The notes: generated by a model not told the origin, from the sequence alone. DNA of 62,836 bases, filler included, from Basidiobolus ranarum (GCA_040143965.1; 29 parts of 29 records of this genome joined end to end with filler, not necessarily neighbours in it); one strand, 5' to 3'. Counted from the whole stretch's first letter, positions 39,110-52,631 are shown. Made by a program: numbers and translations.

Positions 39110-40365
39110 ATTTCAGATGACTGATATGGGTGTATTACCTTATGTTCTTCAAATCCAAATTGAGAGAGATAAACCCAATCCAAAAATCATGCTGAATTGG
39201 TCTAGATACATCCTGGACATCCTAAAACACTTCAACATGGAGAATAGCTAGCCTGTATCAACACCAATGGATCCCAATGTGAAATTAATTACAATATCAT
39301 TCAATTTGGCCCTAAATGACTCAAATCAAAGCCAGGAGTTCCCTTATCAATCCATGGTTGGTAGTTTAATGTACACAATGGGTGGAACATGTCCAGACAT
39401 TGCTGTGGCAGTGGGAACTATACTTCAAAACTCCAGGATCTGAACACAAAACTGCAGTAAAACAAATATTCAGGTATTTGAGAGGAACTATAGCTCTAGT
39501 TCTGGAATACTCTGCCACTCCTGATGCACTAATCTTGAAGGCTACAGTGATGCAGACTGGGGAAGAAATCTGGATGATAGAAGATCAACAACTGGGTACA
39601 CTTTCTCTATGGTATTGGAGCCATAACTTGGAACAGTAAGAAGCAACCAACCATAGCACTTTCCACTACAGAAGCAGAGTATATGGCTGCCTCTGCTACT
39701 ACACAAGAAGCTATGTGGTTAAGGAAGTTATTTTACAGACTTAGGATACATGAAAAAACGTGCTATTACTGTGTTTGAACATAATCAAAGTTGCATTTCA
39801 TTAGCTAAAAACCCTACATTTCATGCTAGAACAAAACACATAAATAATAGGAATCATTTTGTTAGAGAAGCAATAGAGAATGATATAATTGAACTTGTCT
39901 ATTGCCCTACTGAAGAAATGATAGCTGATATATCAACCAAACCTTCAGCTAAAGCACAATTATTAAGATACAAGTTAGGTTGAAGAGAAATACAAAATAA
40001 TTAGTTGAGTGGGAATGTTGAAATTAGGTAAATAGTAAATCATTATTTTGTAGTTAGTTGATGCATATTCTGATTATTTAGCACTTAATTCTGTCATTCA
40101 AAAATGTGTGTTTATTGCTCTAATTGATTGAAATATCAATTACATCCCTTTTACCAATTTTCACTATTTTCTCGAAACCTCTCCAAATCACCTCAAATCT
40201 TATCCATGTTTAACAGGCATGTTTGTTATGATCTAAGCACATCCAATAGTTCTGCTTCATAGTAAACTATAAATAGGATACATTCAATTCAATAAACTTA
40301 AGTGTCCAATTTACAAATGCAATTCTTGTCCAAAACACTTCCAAATCCCCTAAACACTTTTATCA
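39110..40365 (+). mobile_element. Copia family C RT-RNase H, PPT and 3' LTR (40016-40365)
   Basis: GYSDADWG, FHARTKHI..RNHFVRE; PPT TTAGTTGAGTGGGAA followed by TGTTGAAA...TTTTATCA. Confidence 0.92.
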
Positions 40366-40531
40366 TACTTATCAGGCAGAAATCTTTTCAAGATTCCACT
40401 TGAATATATACAAATTCAATGCTTGCAATCTTGGCATTTAAATAAACACCTCTATGAGTGGATATTGATGGGAGTCCTGGTAACATTTATTGACATCTTG
40501 ATGTTTTCAAGCATTTTCCCAATATATTCAA

Positions 40532-41177
40532 CCCTGACAAAAATAAAATTGATTTGATCTGGATTGTATCCACCCTCTAAACAGCAAAACCTTTAGAGAA
40601 CCATCACAATATTGGTGGCTTGCATTCTGCCATGGATTTTGATGGTGTAATGGCAGTTTCTTGATGGTATTTTGATGGTATTCATACATGTTAACATATT
40701 GATCCTCAAATTTAGCATGCTTTATTCAATAGCTGGCAATTTTTGCAAAAATCTAATTTTTGAATAGCAAATTACTGGGTTTACTGCTGTAGGAATTTCA
40801 ATTAATACGCATGCCTTTATTTAAATATTTTAGACTTTGTATTCCAGCCATAATGAGAATAAAAAAATTCAAGAATCTTGTTGTGTTTAGTCTCTATATA
40901 TGCACATACTTGACTGAATAGACATAACTGAACAACATCAATATGCTTTGCCAGCAAACAATTGGTGGATAAGTTGTAAACATCTGAAATTTTGAATAAC
41001 ACTGACACTTGGCAAATAGCTGACTCTTATTACTGTTCACAATGAGAATAAGCTCTTGGATTTTTGCAAATTTCCATAAAGAATCCAGCTAATATTTCAC
41101 CAACTTACAGTCAACAAATATGCTGCCACAAGTAGATGTGTCATTGCTTGAATAGATAACCCCATGGCTAAAACAAT
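40532..41177 (-). mobile_element. CACTA 3' end inserted into another CACTA copy
   Basis: CCCTGACAAAAAT terminus abuts transposase sequence at 40366-40531. Confidence 0.85.
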
Positions 41178-41277
41178 NNNNNNNNNNNNNNNNNNNNNNN
41201 NNNNNNNNNNNNNNNNNNNNNTTAATTAATTAANNNNNNNNNNNNNNNNNNNNNNNNNNNNNNNNNNNNNNNNNNNN

Positions 41278-43345
41278 ATACAAACTTGGCCAAAACTGGT
41301 GAAATAAGTTGTCAAATGTGGCATAGAAGATTAGGCCATATTGGGGAGCAAAAACTGCCCCAAATGGTCCAAAATTAGCTTGTTTCAGGTTTGGAAATTG
41401 GAAATATCACCAAATTGGATCTGTGTGAAGCTTGCATATATGGAAAACATGACAGAAAGCCAATTTCAAGCTCTGCAGACATTAAATCCACTCATAATTT
41501 TTCCCTGATTCATTCTGCCCTATGTGGGCACATGAAAAACATCTCACTGGGTAGGAAAAGGTACTTTATGACCTTTATTGATGATAATACAAGATATACT
41601 TGGGTATTCTTTCTCAAATCAAAATCTCAAGCCTTAGCTACATTCAAGCACTACAAAGCAATGGTAGAGAAAGAATCAGCACAAAAAAAAGGGTACTGCA
41701 GAGTGATAATGGTGGAGAGTTCTGCTCTAAAGACTTTTCCAGTTTTTGCTCTAAACATGGAATTAAGCAACAAACTACTGTACCTTATACTCCACAGCAA
41801 AATGGAGTTGCAGAACATGCTAATAGGACCATAGTGGAGATGGCAAGATCAATGTTACATGATCAAAAGTTAGATTACCAATATTGGGCTGAATCTGTCT
41901 CCACTGCAGTCTATATCAAAAACAGATGCCCAACAAGATTGCTACAAAATTCTACTCCATTGAAGCCCTATATTGATCAAAACTAATTGTGGATCATCTC
42001 CAGGTCTTTGGTTGCATGGCATATTGCCTAATTCCAGCTAAAAACACTCAAAATTGGAACCCAAAAGCAGAAAATTCATATTTCTTAGTTACTATGATGG
42101 ATCCAAGGCCTACAGACTATTTGATACCACAAATCAGAAGTTAATCAAGTGCAGAGATGTGATTTTTGATGAAAAAGCAAATTTTTCACCTCAAATCACA
42201 GTTCTTGATCCAGAAAACACAATCAGCACTATTCAGGAAGTGTCTGACAAAATTCCAGCTGTATCTGAGCCCTATTCAACCAAAATTTCAGTCCCAATTA
42301 CATCAAAGGATGATTCAGGACCCAGAAGATCATCCAGAAGGAGAAATAAGCCAGGAAACTGGTGGAACACTTCCAATGATGATGTATATGCTTATGCAGC
42401 ATTCTGTGACAAGCCACAGACTCTAGATCAAGCTTTGGAGTGTCCAGAATCAAAATTATGGGAAAAAGCAATGTCAGATGAGTTTTCTTCACTTCAAGAC
42501 AGTAAAACTTGGGTTTTAAGTCCTCTTTCAGCAGGGAGAAAGCCAATAGGTTGCAAATGGGTCTACAAAGTCAACAACTAAGCTGAAGGAACTATAAAAG
42601 GTACAAAGCAAGATTAGTTGCAAAAGGTTATTCCCAGGCCCCAGGAGTTGATTTTAATGAAACTTTTGCTCCAGTAGCTAAGGTTAGCTCCATTAGATCA
42701 ATCCTGGCACTCACAGCCATCCATAACCTTGATTTACATCAAATGGATGTAAAAACAGCCTTTATGAATGGAAATCTAGAAGAAGAGATCTATATGGAGT
42801 AACCAGATGGATTTGTTGACCCAAAACATCCTGATATGGTCTGTAAACTGCAAATTTTGCTCTATGGACTCAAGCAAGCACCCAGGGCATGGTACAACAA
42901 GATAAATACCTATTTCAAACCTCTGGAATTCCAAAAATGCACAGCAGATCACAGGATTTACATCAAAACAACCAGAAATAGGATCCTTATCTAGGCACTA
43001 TATGCGGATGACTTAATCATAGCCACAAATAATCTACAAGTACTTAATCAGACAAAAAGCAGCTTACCAAACCGATTTCAGATGAATGTAATGGGTGAAT
43101 TAAGTTAATTTCTGGGAATCCAAATCAAGAGAGACAAACCCAATCAGAAAATCATGCTGAATCAGTCTAGATACATCCTAGACATCCTAAACATCCTAAA
43201 ACACTTCAACATGGAGAATAGCAAGTCTGTATCAACACCAATGGATTCTAATGTGAAATTAATTAAAATTTCCTCTGATTTGGCCCAAAATGACTCAAAT
43301 CAAAGCCAGGAGTTCCCTTATCAATCCATGGTTGGTAGTTCAATG
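41278..43345 (+). mobile_element. Copia pol: GAG-pre-integrase, integrase and RT (frameshifted)
   Basis: [66 protein letters not shown]; integrase precedes RT. Confidence 0.97.
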
Positions 43346-43445
43346 NNNNNNNNNNNNNNNNNNNNNNNNNNNNNNNNNNNNNNNNNNNNTTAATTAATTA
43401 ANNNNNNNNNNNNNNNNNNNNNNNNNNNNNNNNNNNNNNNNNNNN

Positions 43446-43634
43446 TTGCGGGATCTCACCGATAGACACTTTGACGCCGTTTTGAGTACCTTGAAGAAAG
43501 CTGTGAAAGATATGGGTATCAGTCGGGACTTGACTCAGAGAATCATGGCAGCTGCGGAGACCACCAGAGATGATGTTCTAGGTAGAACACCACTTCCCAA
43601 GATACAGCCCGTAGATGAGTTTGAATCGATTTGA
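43446..43634 (+). CDS. C-terminus of a group I truncated (2/2) hemoglobin-like protein; 5' truncated
   Basis: LTDRHFDAVLSTLKKAVKDMGISRDLTQRIMAAAETTRDDVLG matches the G and H helices of trHbN/GlbN (HFDAV...MGV...DVL). Confidence 0.75.
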   Translation: MRDLTDRHFDAVLSTLKKAVKDMGISRDLTQRIMAAAETTRDDVLGRTPLPKIQPVDEFESI

Positions 43635-45682
43635 AGGGGTTGCCCATCACTAATATGCGATGCCTAAGTATATCTATGAATAGGGAATTCATCCTTGTCA
43701 CCTCGCCAAAGAATCCGCCGAAAACCCATAAAACTCATGCAATATTCGACTTTATTGATTAATTTAATTATTATCAGAGAATGGAGGGGCACAGGCCTGG
43801 CCTGACATTACTACCAACCTCTCTCCACCATTGTTTTAATGAAACTCAAGTCTACAATTCTTGAGCACCTCGTTGCTCTTTTGAATCCCCACATCTTGTT
43901 GCACTTCCCATGTACCTTTCTCTGTTTTGACCTTCTATTCGCCCCTTTGTATAAAATATTCTAGTAATATACAACATCATGAAAGGCAATCCAAACTCTG
44001 TTCTGTAACACTATCAACGTGTTAATCTCGGTTAAGTAATGGTTTCCTGTGAAAATCATGAAATGTCAAATATCCCCAACTCAGTGTAAGGTTTAACCGA
44101 TCTTTCGATAATTGTAGATAATTGTACATATGAAACCTCTGTTCCTTTGCGGATAATCAATTCCCGGAATTCATTACACCATCCCAATCAGAACACCCTT
44201 CGAATTTGGTAGTAGTCGACAGCGCACCGCTATACAATTACTATTGTGTTTGATAGTGGCATAATCTAATGGTAAAAAAATAGCTTGAATACTTCTTGTA
44301 CTCGAAATGCGGAACCGTTATATGCACCTTCATTAGGAATGTGCTTTTCTAATCGGGGTATTAGCAAGGTATCTCAAGCAATCATCACCAGCATCCATAT
44401 AGTTCTGGGGAATGATACAGATATGCAGCGCACTTATGTGGCCCGCTCACCGAGGGCAACCACCTGATTTCAAATGATGCTATTTTGCCTCTTCTGGAAT
44501 GTGTAATAATAATGTCAAGTGTTCGAAAGGCATCATATGCAATTCGTTTGTCATTGTCGTCATCCCAGTTCAATTGCATTAGGTCATTAAAAAAATGAGA
44601 ATCTTAGATTCTCAGTATTATGGGATTATGGGATTATTTCGTGACAGATTTGGTAGATAATCTTGATGAAGACTAAAGTTGAACTTTCACTGAAGGATAC
44701 TCATAGACTAGTGCAATTTAGTATGTCTGAATCATGTGAACTAACGCGGTTAGTTAAGCTTGAACATTTGGAGGCATGGATCAGTTCCTAGTAAAATACA
44801 CCAGCACTCGTAATTGATTCCCTTTTATGCAATTTTAAAATGACAATACCCCTCTTTGTGATTCAACTCGATATTTCTTGTACTGCTTAATCAGAGCCCA
44901 AACAACCGTCTTTGATATTAAAAAGGTTATTCCACTACTCTTGTCGATATATCAAATATTTTTATTCAATGCAGTTGGTGAACCAGTTTTGAGCGTAACA
45001 TGTAGGTGTACCAAATCATTAGAATTTCACCATAGTAAATTTCGTCAAATTGACATTATTACATACTTCAGAGATATAAAATAGGTACTGTATTTGAGAT
45101 AAATTGGATATGTTTAGAATACTAAAAGATATACCAGGTGAATATGTAATGTGAATTTGTTGCTTTACTTAATAGATATTAAGTTCTATTGAAAGTGAAG
45201 AAAAATAACAACAGAGATGTGTTTCTGTTGAAATTAGCATTGCCTAAACACCTATATAGTCATATATAGCTTAGTACTTAGTTATCTTATAACTCACTAA
45301 GATATTATCCATTTTTCTGATAACGAATTTACTTGGAAGTTCTCAGATATATAGATTTTTCAAACTTGTGCTAGAAGCCCCAAACTTTGCACACATGTTC
45401 CTGGTGTTAAAGTATTTGGGAGCCTGTTGGAAGTGGTTTGGAGAATTAGAGGAATTGGTGGTTTTCACTTATTGATTTATTGAGTAGAAAGTTGACATTT
45501 ATAGTTTTGTCAANNNNNNNNNNNNNNNNNNNNNNNNNNNNNNNNNNNNNNNNNNNNTTAATTAATTAANNNNNNNNNNNNNNNNNNNNNNNNNNNNNNN
45601 NNNNNNNNNNNNNTGAAATATGAAATAGTTAGGTGTAAAACGATAGGGATAACATATATGATAAAGACAATAAACTTCAACA

Positions 45683-46138
45683 GTATTTTCCAAACTTGAT
45701 AATTGGATCCATCCAATTTTTCAGAAGAGGAAAAGGTTCCATAGATTTGAGGAGTAGACATTACAAAGAGTGCAAGCTTGGGGCTCATAACCTGTTACAG
45801 TATTTGGGAGCCTATTGGAAATGATTTGGAGAATTAGAGGAATTGGTGGTTTTCACTTGTTGATTTACTGAGTAGAAAGTTGACATTTATAGTTTTATCA
45901 AGATGCAAACAAACTAACATGTAGAATGTGCTAAGGAAGGTCCCAGGAACATGTGTGCAAAGTTTGGTGCTTCTAACACAGGTTTAAAAAATCATTTATA
46001 TGAGAGCTTCTAAGTTGGTAAAAATATTCCAAGTAAATTCCATTGAGAAAAATTGAAAGTATCTTAATGAACAACAAGATAACTAACTACTAAGATATAT
46101 ATGACTATATAGGAGCTTAGGCAATGCTAATTGCAATA
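45683..46138 (-). mobile_element. Copia family D 5' LTR (45793-46138), half-tRNA PBS (45781-45792) and gag start, interrupted by a family A LTR (45614-45682)
   Basis: ...GTAACA|GGTTATGAGCCC followed by MSTPQIYGTFSSSEKLDGSNYQVWK. Confidence 0.88.
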
Positions 46139-46789
46139 TAAACAGGACCAAGTTGCAGTCAAAGTATTTGCTACAAAAAAGCCACAGGAAACCCATCAGA
46201 AAACAATAAGGTAATCTCCATTAAAGTAGTCAAAATTCAAGTTGCTGGTATTATGAATGCTTTGTGATGGTAATACATCAATTCAATTAGGATCTGATCC
46301 ATGTCACCCATAGTTAATTTTCATGGATATTAGTTAGATCTGCTCATCTTATATCTGCTACTTAAATGGTTCCAAGATTCTGCAGTTAACTGCTTCTTTG
46401 ATTCAGCAAATTTCAAGACTTTTTGTTTGTTTTCTCTTGAACACAAAACTCACAACTCCTCCAACTAGAGATTAATATGGGCCCCCTTATATATAAGCTG
46501 TTATATTATAGAGATTTGTGTTACTACACCAGGCATAGCCAGCTCTGGCTAGAGAACAAAGTATATATTCATACACAGCAGTTTAAGGGTTCTTGGATTA
46601 ACCCCTTGATTTTCATCAATTGGTCATCTTAAAACTTAACATTTATCAATTGTCATATATGTTTTCTTACTTGAAGCACTATTTATGTATTTGCACTATA
46701 AGTAATTGCTGGAGAAAGCTCTTACAGTACTCTTAAAGTATCCTACCCTTTTATTACTCAAAGTGTTATATTTCTATGGATCCTGATAT

Positions 46790-47630
46790 TGTCACAATAA
46801 GGAACTGAACAAGGACTGGAAAACATGACAAGAGGCTAGAAGGCAGGAGAGTACTTGGGTGTAGACCACAAGACAAGACAAGACCAGACTGTACAGGGAA
46901 GATACTTTGTCAAGAATCTTTATTGATAACTGGCATTGAACAGATATCAGTCTGATCAAGGAATACATGGGGCTTATATAGATATTCCAAGGTGAAACAT
47001 AATATACTGTGGCAAGTTCAAGTATTGGGGTGTTGAGGACTATAAGGACCAATACAAATAGGGACAATTTAAGGATGTCAGGTGACCTTCCATGAAAGGT
47101 CTTGGCAGAAATAAACTATGTGTGGGATGACATGATTGGTTGGATTTCATGGAATATTCCAAAGAACATGACTTCCATATAAGGTAACCTGGAAGAACTA
47201 ACACAAGATTGCCAAGAAGGGATGGCACAGCAGATATGATGTGATAATTTAATAATAGAAGAGTTCTATTTGTTGAAGTTCATTGTCACAATAAGGAACT
47301 GGACAAGGACTGGGAACAATGACAAGAGGCTAGAAGGCAAGAGAGTACTTGGGTGTAGACCACAAGACAAGACAAGACAAGACTGGACAAGGAAGATACT
47401 TTGGCAAGAATCTTTATTGATGACTGGCATTGATCAGACTGAGGTCTGATCAAGGAATACATGGGGCTTATATAGATATTGCCAGGTGAAACATAATATA
47501 CTGAATAGGGAATATACTGTAGCAAGTTTGAGAGTTGGGTTGTTAGGGACTACAAGGACCAATACAAAGAGGGATGATGTAAGGATGATCAGGTGACCTT
47601 CCATGGAAGGTCTTGGCAGAAATACACTAT
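46790..47630 (-). repeat. Two adjacent truncated family B LTR copies
   Basis: Direct repeats starting TGTCACAATAAGG at 46790 and 47284. Confidence 0.85.
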
Positions 47631-47780
47631 AGGGTTAGGGGGGAGACAGTCACCAAAAGGTGAAATCTTTATTTCAAACANNNNNNNNNNNNNNNNNNNN
47701 NNNNNNNNNNNNNNNNNNNNNNNNTTAATTAATTAANNNNNNNNNNNNNNNNNNNNNNNNNNNNNNNNNNNNNNNNNNNN

Positions 47781-49558
47781 TGGCCATTTAAGCAAAGATT
47801 GCTTTAAAAGAATTGCAAAATAAGAAAAACATACTGAATCTGGAAATGTGGTTACAACAGAAGATCACTTGTTCATATCTGCTCTATCTATTACTACCGG
47901 CAAGGATTCTGAGATGTGGTATATTAATTCTGGAGCTCCCAACATTTCACCAATGAAAAACATGGGTTTGTGGAATATGAAGAAATCCCAATTAGAAAGG
48001 TTTTCATGTGAGATGCCCACACATTGGATGCAATAGAAATGGGAATAATTTTAGTCAATTTAACTGGAGCTTCTGAAGGGGAAGTATATATTCTTAAGGA
48101 TAAACTGAAAGTTTCAGATATTGCCAAGAATTCAATATCTGTATGCCAGGCCATCTCAGAAGGGCTAAAATTCAATTTTGATAAGTCAGGATGAACCATC
48201 ACTGATCAAAGTGGGAATTATTTATCTTTGGATAAAAACAATCAGAACTTATACAAGCTTGCTTATAGTCCAAAAGGTTTATGTCTAAATTTAAGTCATT
48301 ACAATCATGCAACTATTCAAATATGGCTTAAGAGATTTGGTAATATTGGATTTGATTATTTGAGCAAAATGATCAAAAATTGCCTAACTTCTAGAATTGA
48401 AAGTAACCCCCCATCCAAAATGAACATTGGAGAGGGTTAACCCTAACCTCTCAAGAGCTCTGGTTTGATGAAATATGTTAAAAAATTGGATCTAATTCAT
48501 TAAGATCTGTGTGTAACTATGCAAAATGTATCTTTAGGCAGAAAAGGATATTTAATCACATTTATTGATGATTATACAAGATATACTTGGGTCTACTTTA
48601 TGGAATGAAAAGAAGAAACTCTCTATCTTTAGAGATTTTAAAACACTTGTTGAGACTGAAACTGTAACTGATATCAAGAAAATATGTACTGATAATGGTG
48701 GAGAATTTACTTCAACATGATTTGGGCACTTTTGTAAAATTCATGGAATTAAACAAGAAACTACTGCCCCCTATGCACCAGAACAAAATGGAGTTGATGC
48801 AAGAGCTAACAGGATAATAATAGAAATGGCAAGATCTATGATTAATGCACAAAATTATCTCATGACTTTAGGGCGGAATATGTTGCTACAGCTAGATATC
48901 TGAAGAATAGGAGTTTTACTAAAAGTCTGTCTAACTCTAAACCATATCAAGCTTGATTTGGAGTTAAACTTGATGTGAACATTTAAGGATCTTTGGATGC
49001 AGTGCTTACGTCAAAATTGTGACCAAAAATTGGTCTAAATTTGATTCAAAAAGTAAGATATGCATATTTGTGTGTTATTGCACTTAAACTAAGGCTTACA
49101 GACTCTATGATATCAAAGTTTCCTAGTTGTTCAGTCCAGGGATGTTTTGTTCAATGAAAATAAAAATTTAACCCAAAATAACCTCAGATGAAGACAAAAA
49201 TCAATTTTCTCCTGATCCAATCATTCAAACTGATTCAAGTCAAATCAATGAAGAACATAGAATTCCTGTGGACCCTTCTACTAATGTATTATCTGCTGAA
49301 GTGTCCAATACAATGCCAGAAGCAGTGGTACCTTTATCCTAAGCCAGGAGATCCAATTGGATCCAAAATAGCCCTGATTACTATATCAATGAGTCCCAAA
49401 ATTGAGCCTAAGCCTGCACTGCTCAAATACATGAGCCCCAGACTGTAAAAGAGGCCCTGAATTGCCTTCACACAAAATTTTGGAAATTTGCAATGGCAAA
49501 TGAGAACCAGGCTTTGATAGATATTCAAACGTAAATTTTAACCAACCTACCTGATGAT
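47781..49558 (+). mobile_element. Degenerate copia protease-integrase region
   Basis: WYINSGA, FIDDYTRYTWVYF, TDNGGEF, PEQNGV..RANR. Confidence 0.9.
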
Positions 49559-49947
49559 TGTCATGATTCTCATCTTGGTACACTCATCCTCTGCAAATAG
49601 AACTCTTCTATTATTAGTTTATGACATCATATCTGCTGTGCCATCCCTTCTTGCCAATCTTATCTTAGTTCATCCAGGTTACCTTATATGGAAGTCATGT
49701 TCTTTGGAATATTCCTTAACAGAAATTTGAGGATTGTTATTGTAGGAAAACTGTCACAATTTTAATCCATTTGGGATTGACCATTTACTTACCATCATAA
49801 AATTGTCAAGTTAGATTTGATTTTAATCAATTTTTTCAGTTTCAGGANNNNNNNNNNNNNNNNNNNNNNNNNNNNNNNNNNNNNNNNNNNNTTAATTAAT
49901 TAANNNNNNNNNNNNNNNNNNNNNNNNNNNNNNNNNNNNNNNNNNNN

Positions 49948-50961
49948 GACATGATTGCTGACATGCTTACCAAACCATTACCCAAGCCTAAATTTGAAGA
50001 ATTAAGAATTGAGTTAGGATTAAGACATTTGAATATTTAGTTGAGTGGGAGTGTTGAAGTTTATTGTCTTTATCATATTTGTTATCTCTATCTTTATACA
50101 CCTAATTATTTCATATATCACATATAAGTTAGTTAACATTATTTAGTCAAATATCACTTAGCTGAAAATTGCAACATATATTTTATATATATATGAATAA
50201 TGTGAGAATTAGCAATTCCATGTTGGAAATTTCAAACTCGTCCAAATTGCCCCAAAGATAGCTCATTTTACTCCCACAGATGTTCTGAGCACAATTACAG
50301 TGTTAGTTTTCTATACTTCCACAAAAATGTACAAATGCTTTATTTCTGGACAATAAATAATTATCTCACAATGCTATTCACAACTCCACTTTTCTAAGGT
50401 TCCTCCAAACAGCCCATATTTTCCCAATAGGGAAGCTATTGAGAATAAGCATGTCAAACTAGGGTACTGTCCAACTGAGGACATGATTGCTGACATCCTT
50501 TCCAAACCATTACCCAAGCCAAAATTTAAAGAATTAAGATTTAAGTTAAGATTAAGATATATGAATACTTAGTTGAGTGGGAGTGCTGAAGTGTATAGTC
50601 TTTATCATATTTGTCATCTCTATCTTTATACACCTATCTACTTCATATATCACATGTAAGGTAGTAAACATTACTTGGTCAAATATCACTTCATTGAAAA
50701 TTGGAACACATATTATATATATGTGTGAATAATGTGAAAATTAGCAATTCCATATTGCAAATTTGAAACTTGTCCAAATTGCCCCAATGATAGCTCATTT
50801 TACTCCCACAGATGTTGTGAGCACAATTACAGTGTTGGTTTTCTGTATTTCCACCAAAATGTATAAATGCCTTATTTCTGGAAAATAAATAATTATCACA
50901 CAAAGCTATTCACAACCCCACTTTTCTAAAGTTTGTCCAAACAGCCAATATTTTCCCAATA
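49948..50961 (+). mobile_element. Two nested copia family A 3' ends, each RNase H end + PPT + LTR (LTRs 50052-50429 and 50584-50961)
   Basis: IADMLTKPL and IADILSKPL are each followed by TTAGTTGAGTGGGAG and a 378-bp LTR. Confidence 0.92.
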
Positions 50962-51161
50962 GTTGAGTTATGTCTGATCAGTGAAGTATGTGCATATGTA
51001 GAGACTGAACACAACCAGATTCTTATATTTTTTGATTCTCATTATGGCTGGAATAGAAAGCCTAAAATATCTAAATTAAGGCATGCATATTAATTCAAAT
51101 TCCTGCTGCAGTAAACCCAGTAATTTGCCATTTGAAAATTATATTTTGCAAAAATTGCCAG

Positions 51162-52013
51162 TGTTGTGCTCCAACATACAAAGTTGTTTAACTTATGCCA
51201 TATCTATACAACATACATGAGTATCTGTTTAGTTTATCATTATTGCTAACTAGTCACCTGACCTTATCCAGTGACTTTATCATGTGACCTATCACCTGAC
51301 TAACTATCTATTTGCTTATCCCTTCTATCAGATCATATGACCTATCACATGATCATTATCCAATCAGTATTAACCTCTGAGTCATCTGCCTAGACACAAG
51401 TCAATATGAGTCACAAGATTCATAACCAATGATCTTTCACTGCCAAGACTTCAGCTGATGCATGACTCACTTATCTATCTATCTATCTATCCAATCACAT
51501 TTTCTTCTATCAGAATTAGTCATCTAATATCTTGGTGCTGACTAATTCACTTTGCTATCAAAAAGTATAAATAAAGCTAACTGAACCTTTTGGTTTAGTG
51601 TGTGTCTCAACAAATATAGGATCTCAACACTTCTCAGTGCTTCTCAACAAATTCAATATTCCCCTCTCATTTCTATCCAAGCCTAGTATCCACTAGCATC
51701 TACAGAACACCAAGCCTAGCTGCCTAGCAAACCTACTCTCTACCATAACATAGCAACCCACTGCTATTCCCAAGACATATATTAGTTAGATCTGCTCTGC
51801 TTATATATCCTGCTTAAACAGTTCTAAGATTCTGCACTTAACTGTTTCTTTGGTTCAGTAAAGTTCAAGACTTTTTATCCACTTTTCTCTTGGACACAAC
51901 ATTTTTTTCATTGAATTCCATTACATTCAACCACCAACCCAACATGGCCTCACCTACTAGTACTGTAAGCCTCAACATTCTTGACGATGCCAGAGCAGCC
52001 TATGAAAACATAT
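51162..52013 (+). mobile_element. Putative LTR and leader of another retroelement; the leader is also seen near 46327-46450
   Basis: TG start interrupts CACTA sequence; TATA-like AGTATAAATAAAG; shared ATATTAGTTAGATCTGCTC block; ATG at about 51943. Confidence 0.45.
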
Positions 52014-52113
52014 NNNNNNNNNNNNNNNNNNNNNNNNNNNNNNNNNNNNNNNNNNNNTTAATTAATTAANNNNNNNNNNNNNNNNNNNNNNNNNNNNNNN
52101 NNNNNNNNNNNNN

Positions 52114-52631
52114 ATCTTCCAAGGTTACCATTACACTTTTGGTTTTACTTATTTGTAAGTCAAGTGTGACCTTTCTCATTCCATATGCAACCAGTTTGTT
52201 TCTTCCAGCTACCACAATGTCCAGCTGCAAAGGTTAGAACACAGGGCTCATAACCTCTTGGGAAAATATGGGCTGTTTGGAGGAACTTTAGAAAAGTGGA
52301 GTTGTGAATAGCTTTGTGTGATAATTATTTAATATCCCAAACCAAAGCATTTATACATTTTGGTGGAAATACAGAAAACTGACCCTGGAGTTCTGTTCAG
52401 AACATCTGTGGGAGTAAAATGAGCTATCTTTGATGCGATTTGGACAAGTTTGAAATTGCCAATATGGAATTGCTAATTCTCACATTATTTGTATATATAT
52501 AAGATATGTTCTGATTTTCAGCTAAGGGATATTTGACTACATAATGTTAACTAACTTATATGTGATATATGAAATAGTTAGTTGTATAAAGATAGAGATA
52601 ACAAATATGAGAAAGATAATAAACTTCAACA
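52114..52631 (-). mobile_element. Copia family A 5' LTR (52256-52631), PBS (52244-52255) and gag start
   Basis: LTR homology; GGTTATGAGCCCTG directly follows the LTR. Confidence 0.9.

Noticed and set aside
43678..43730. AATAGGGAAT...AATCCG resembling a cobalamin riboswitch start
   Set aside because: Spacing is wrong, downstream elements are missing, and it lies 3' of a gene.
44385..44579. 64-aa minus-strand ORF MQLNWDDDNDKR...
   Set aside because: No recognisable motif or clear gene structure.
51471..51491. (TATC)5 microsatellite
   Set aside because: Short simple repeat inside a putative LTR; unremarkable.
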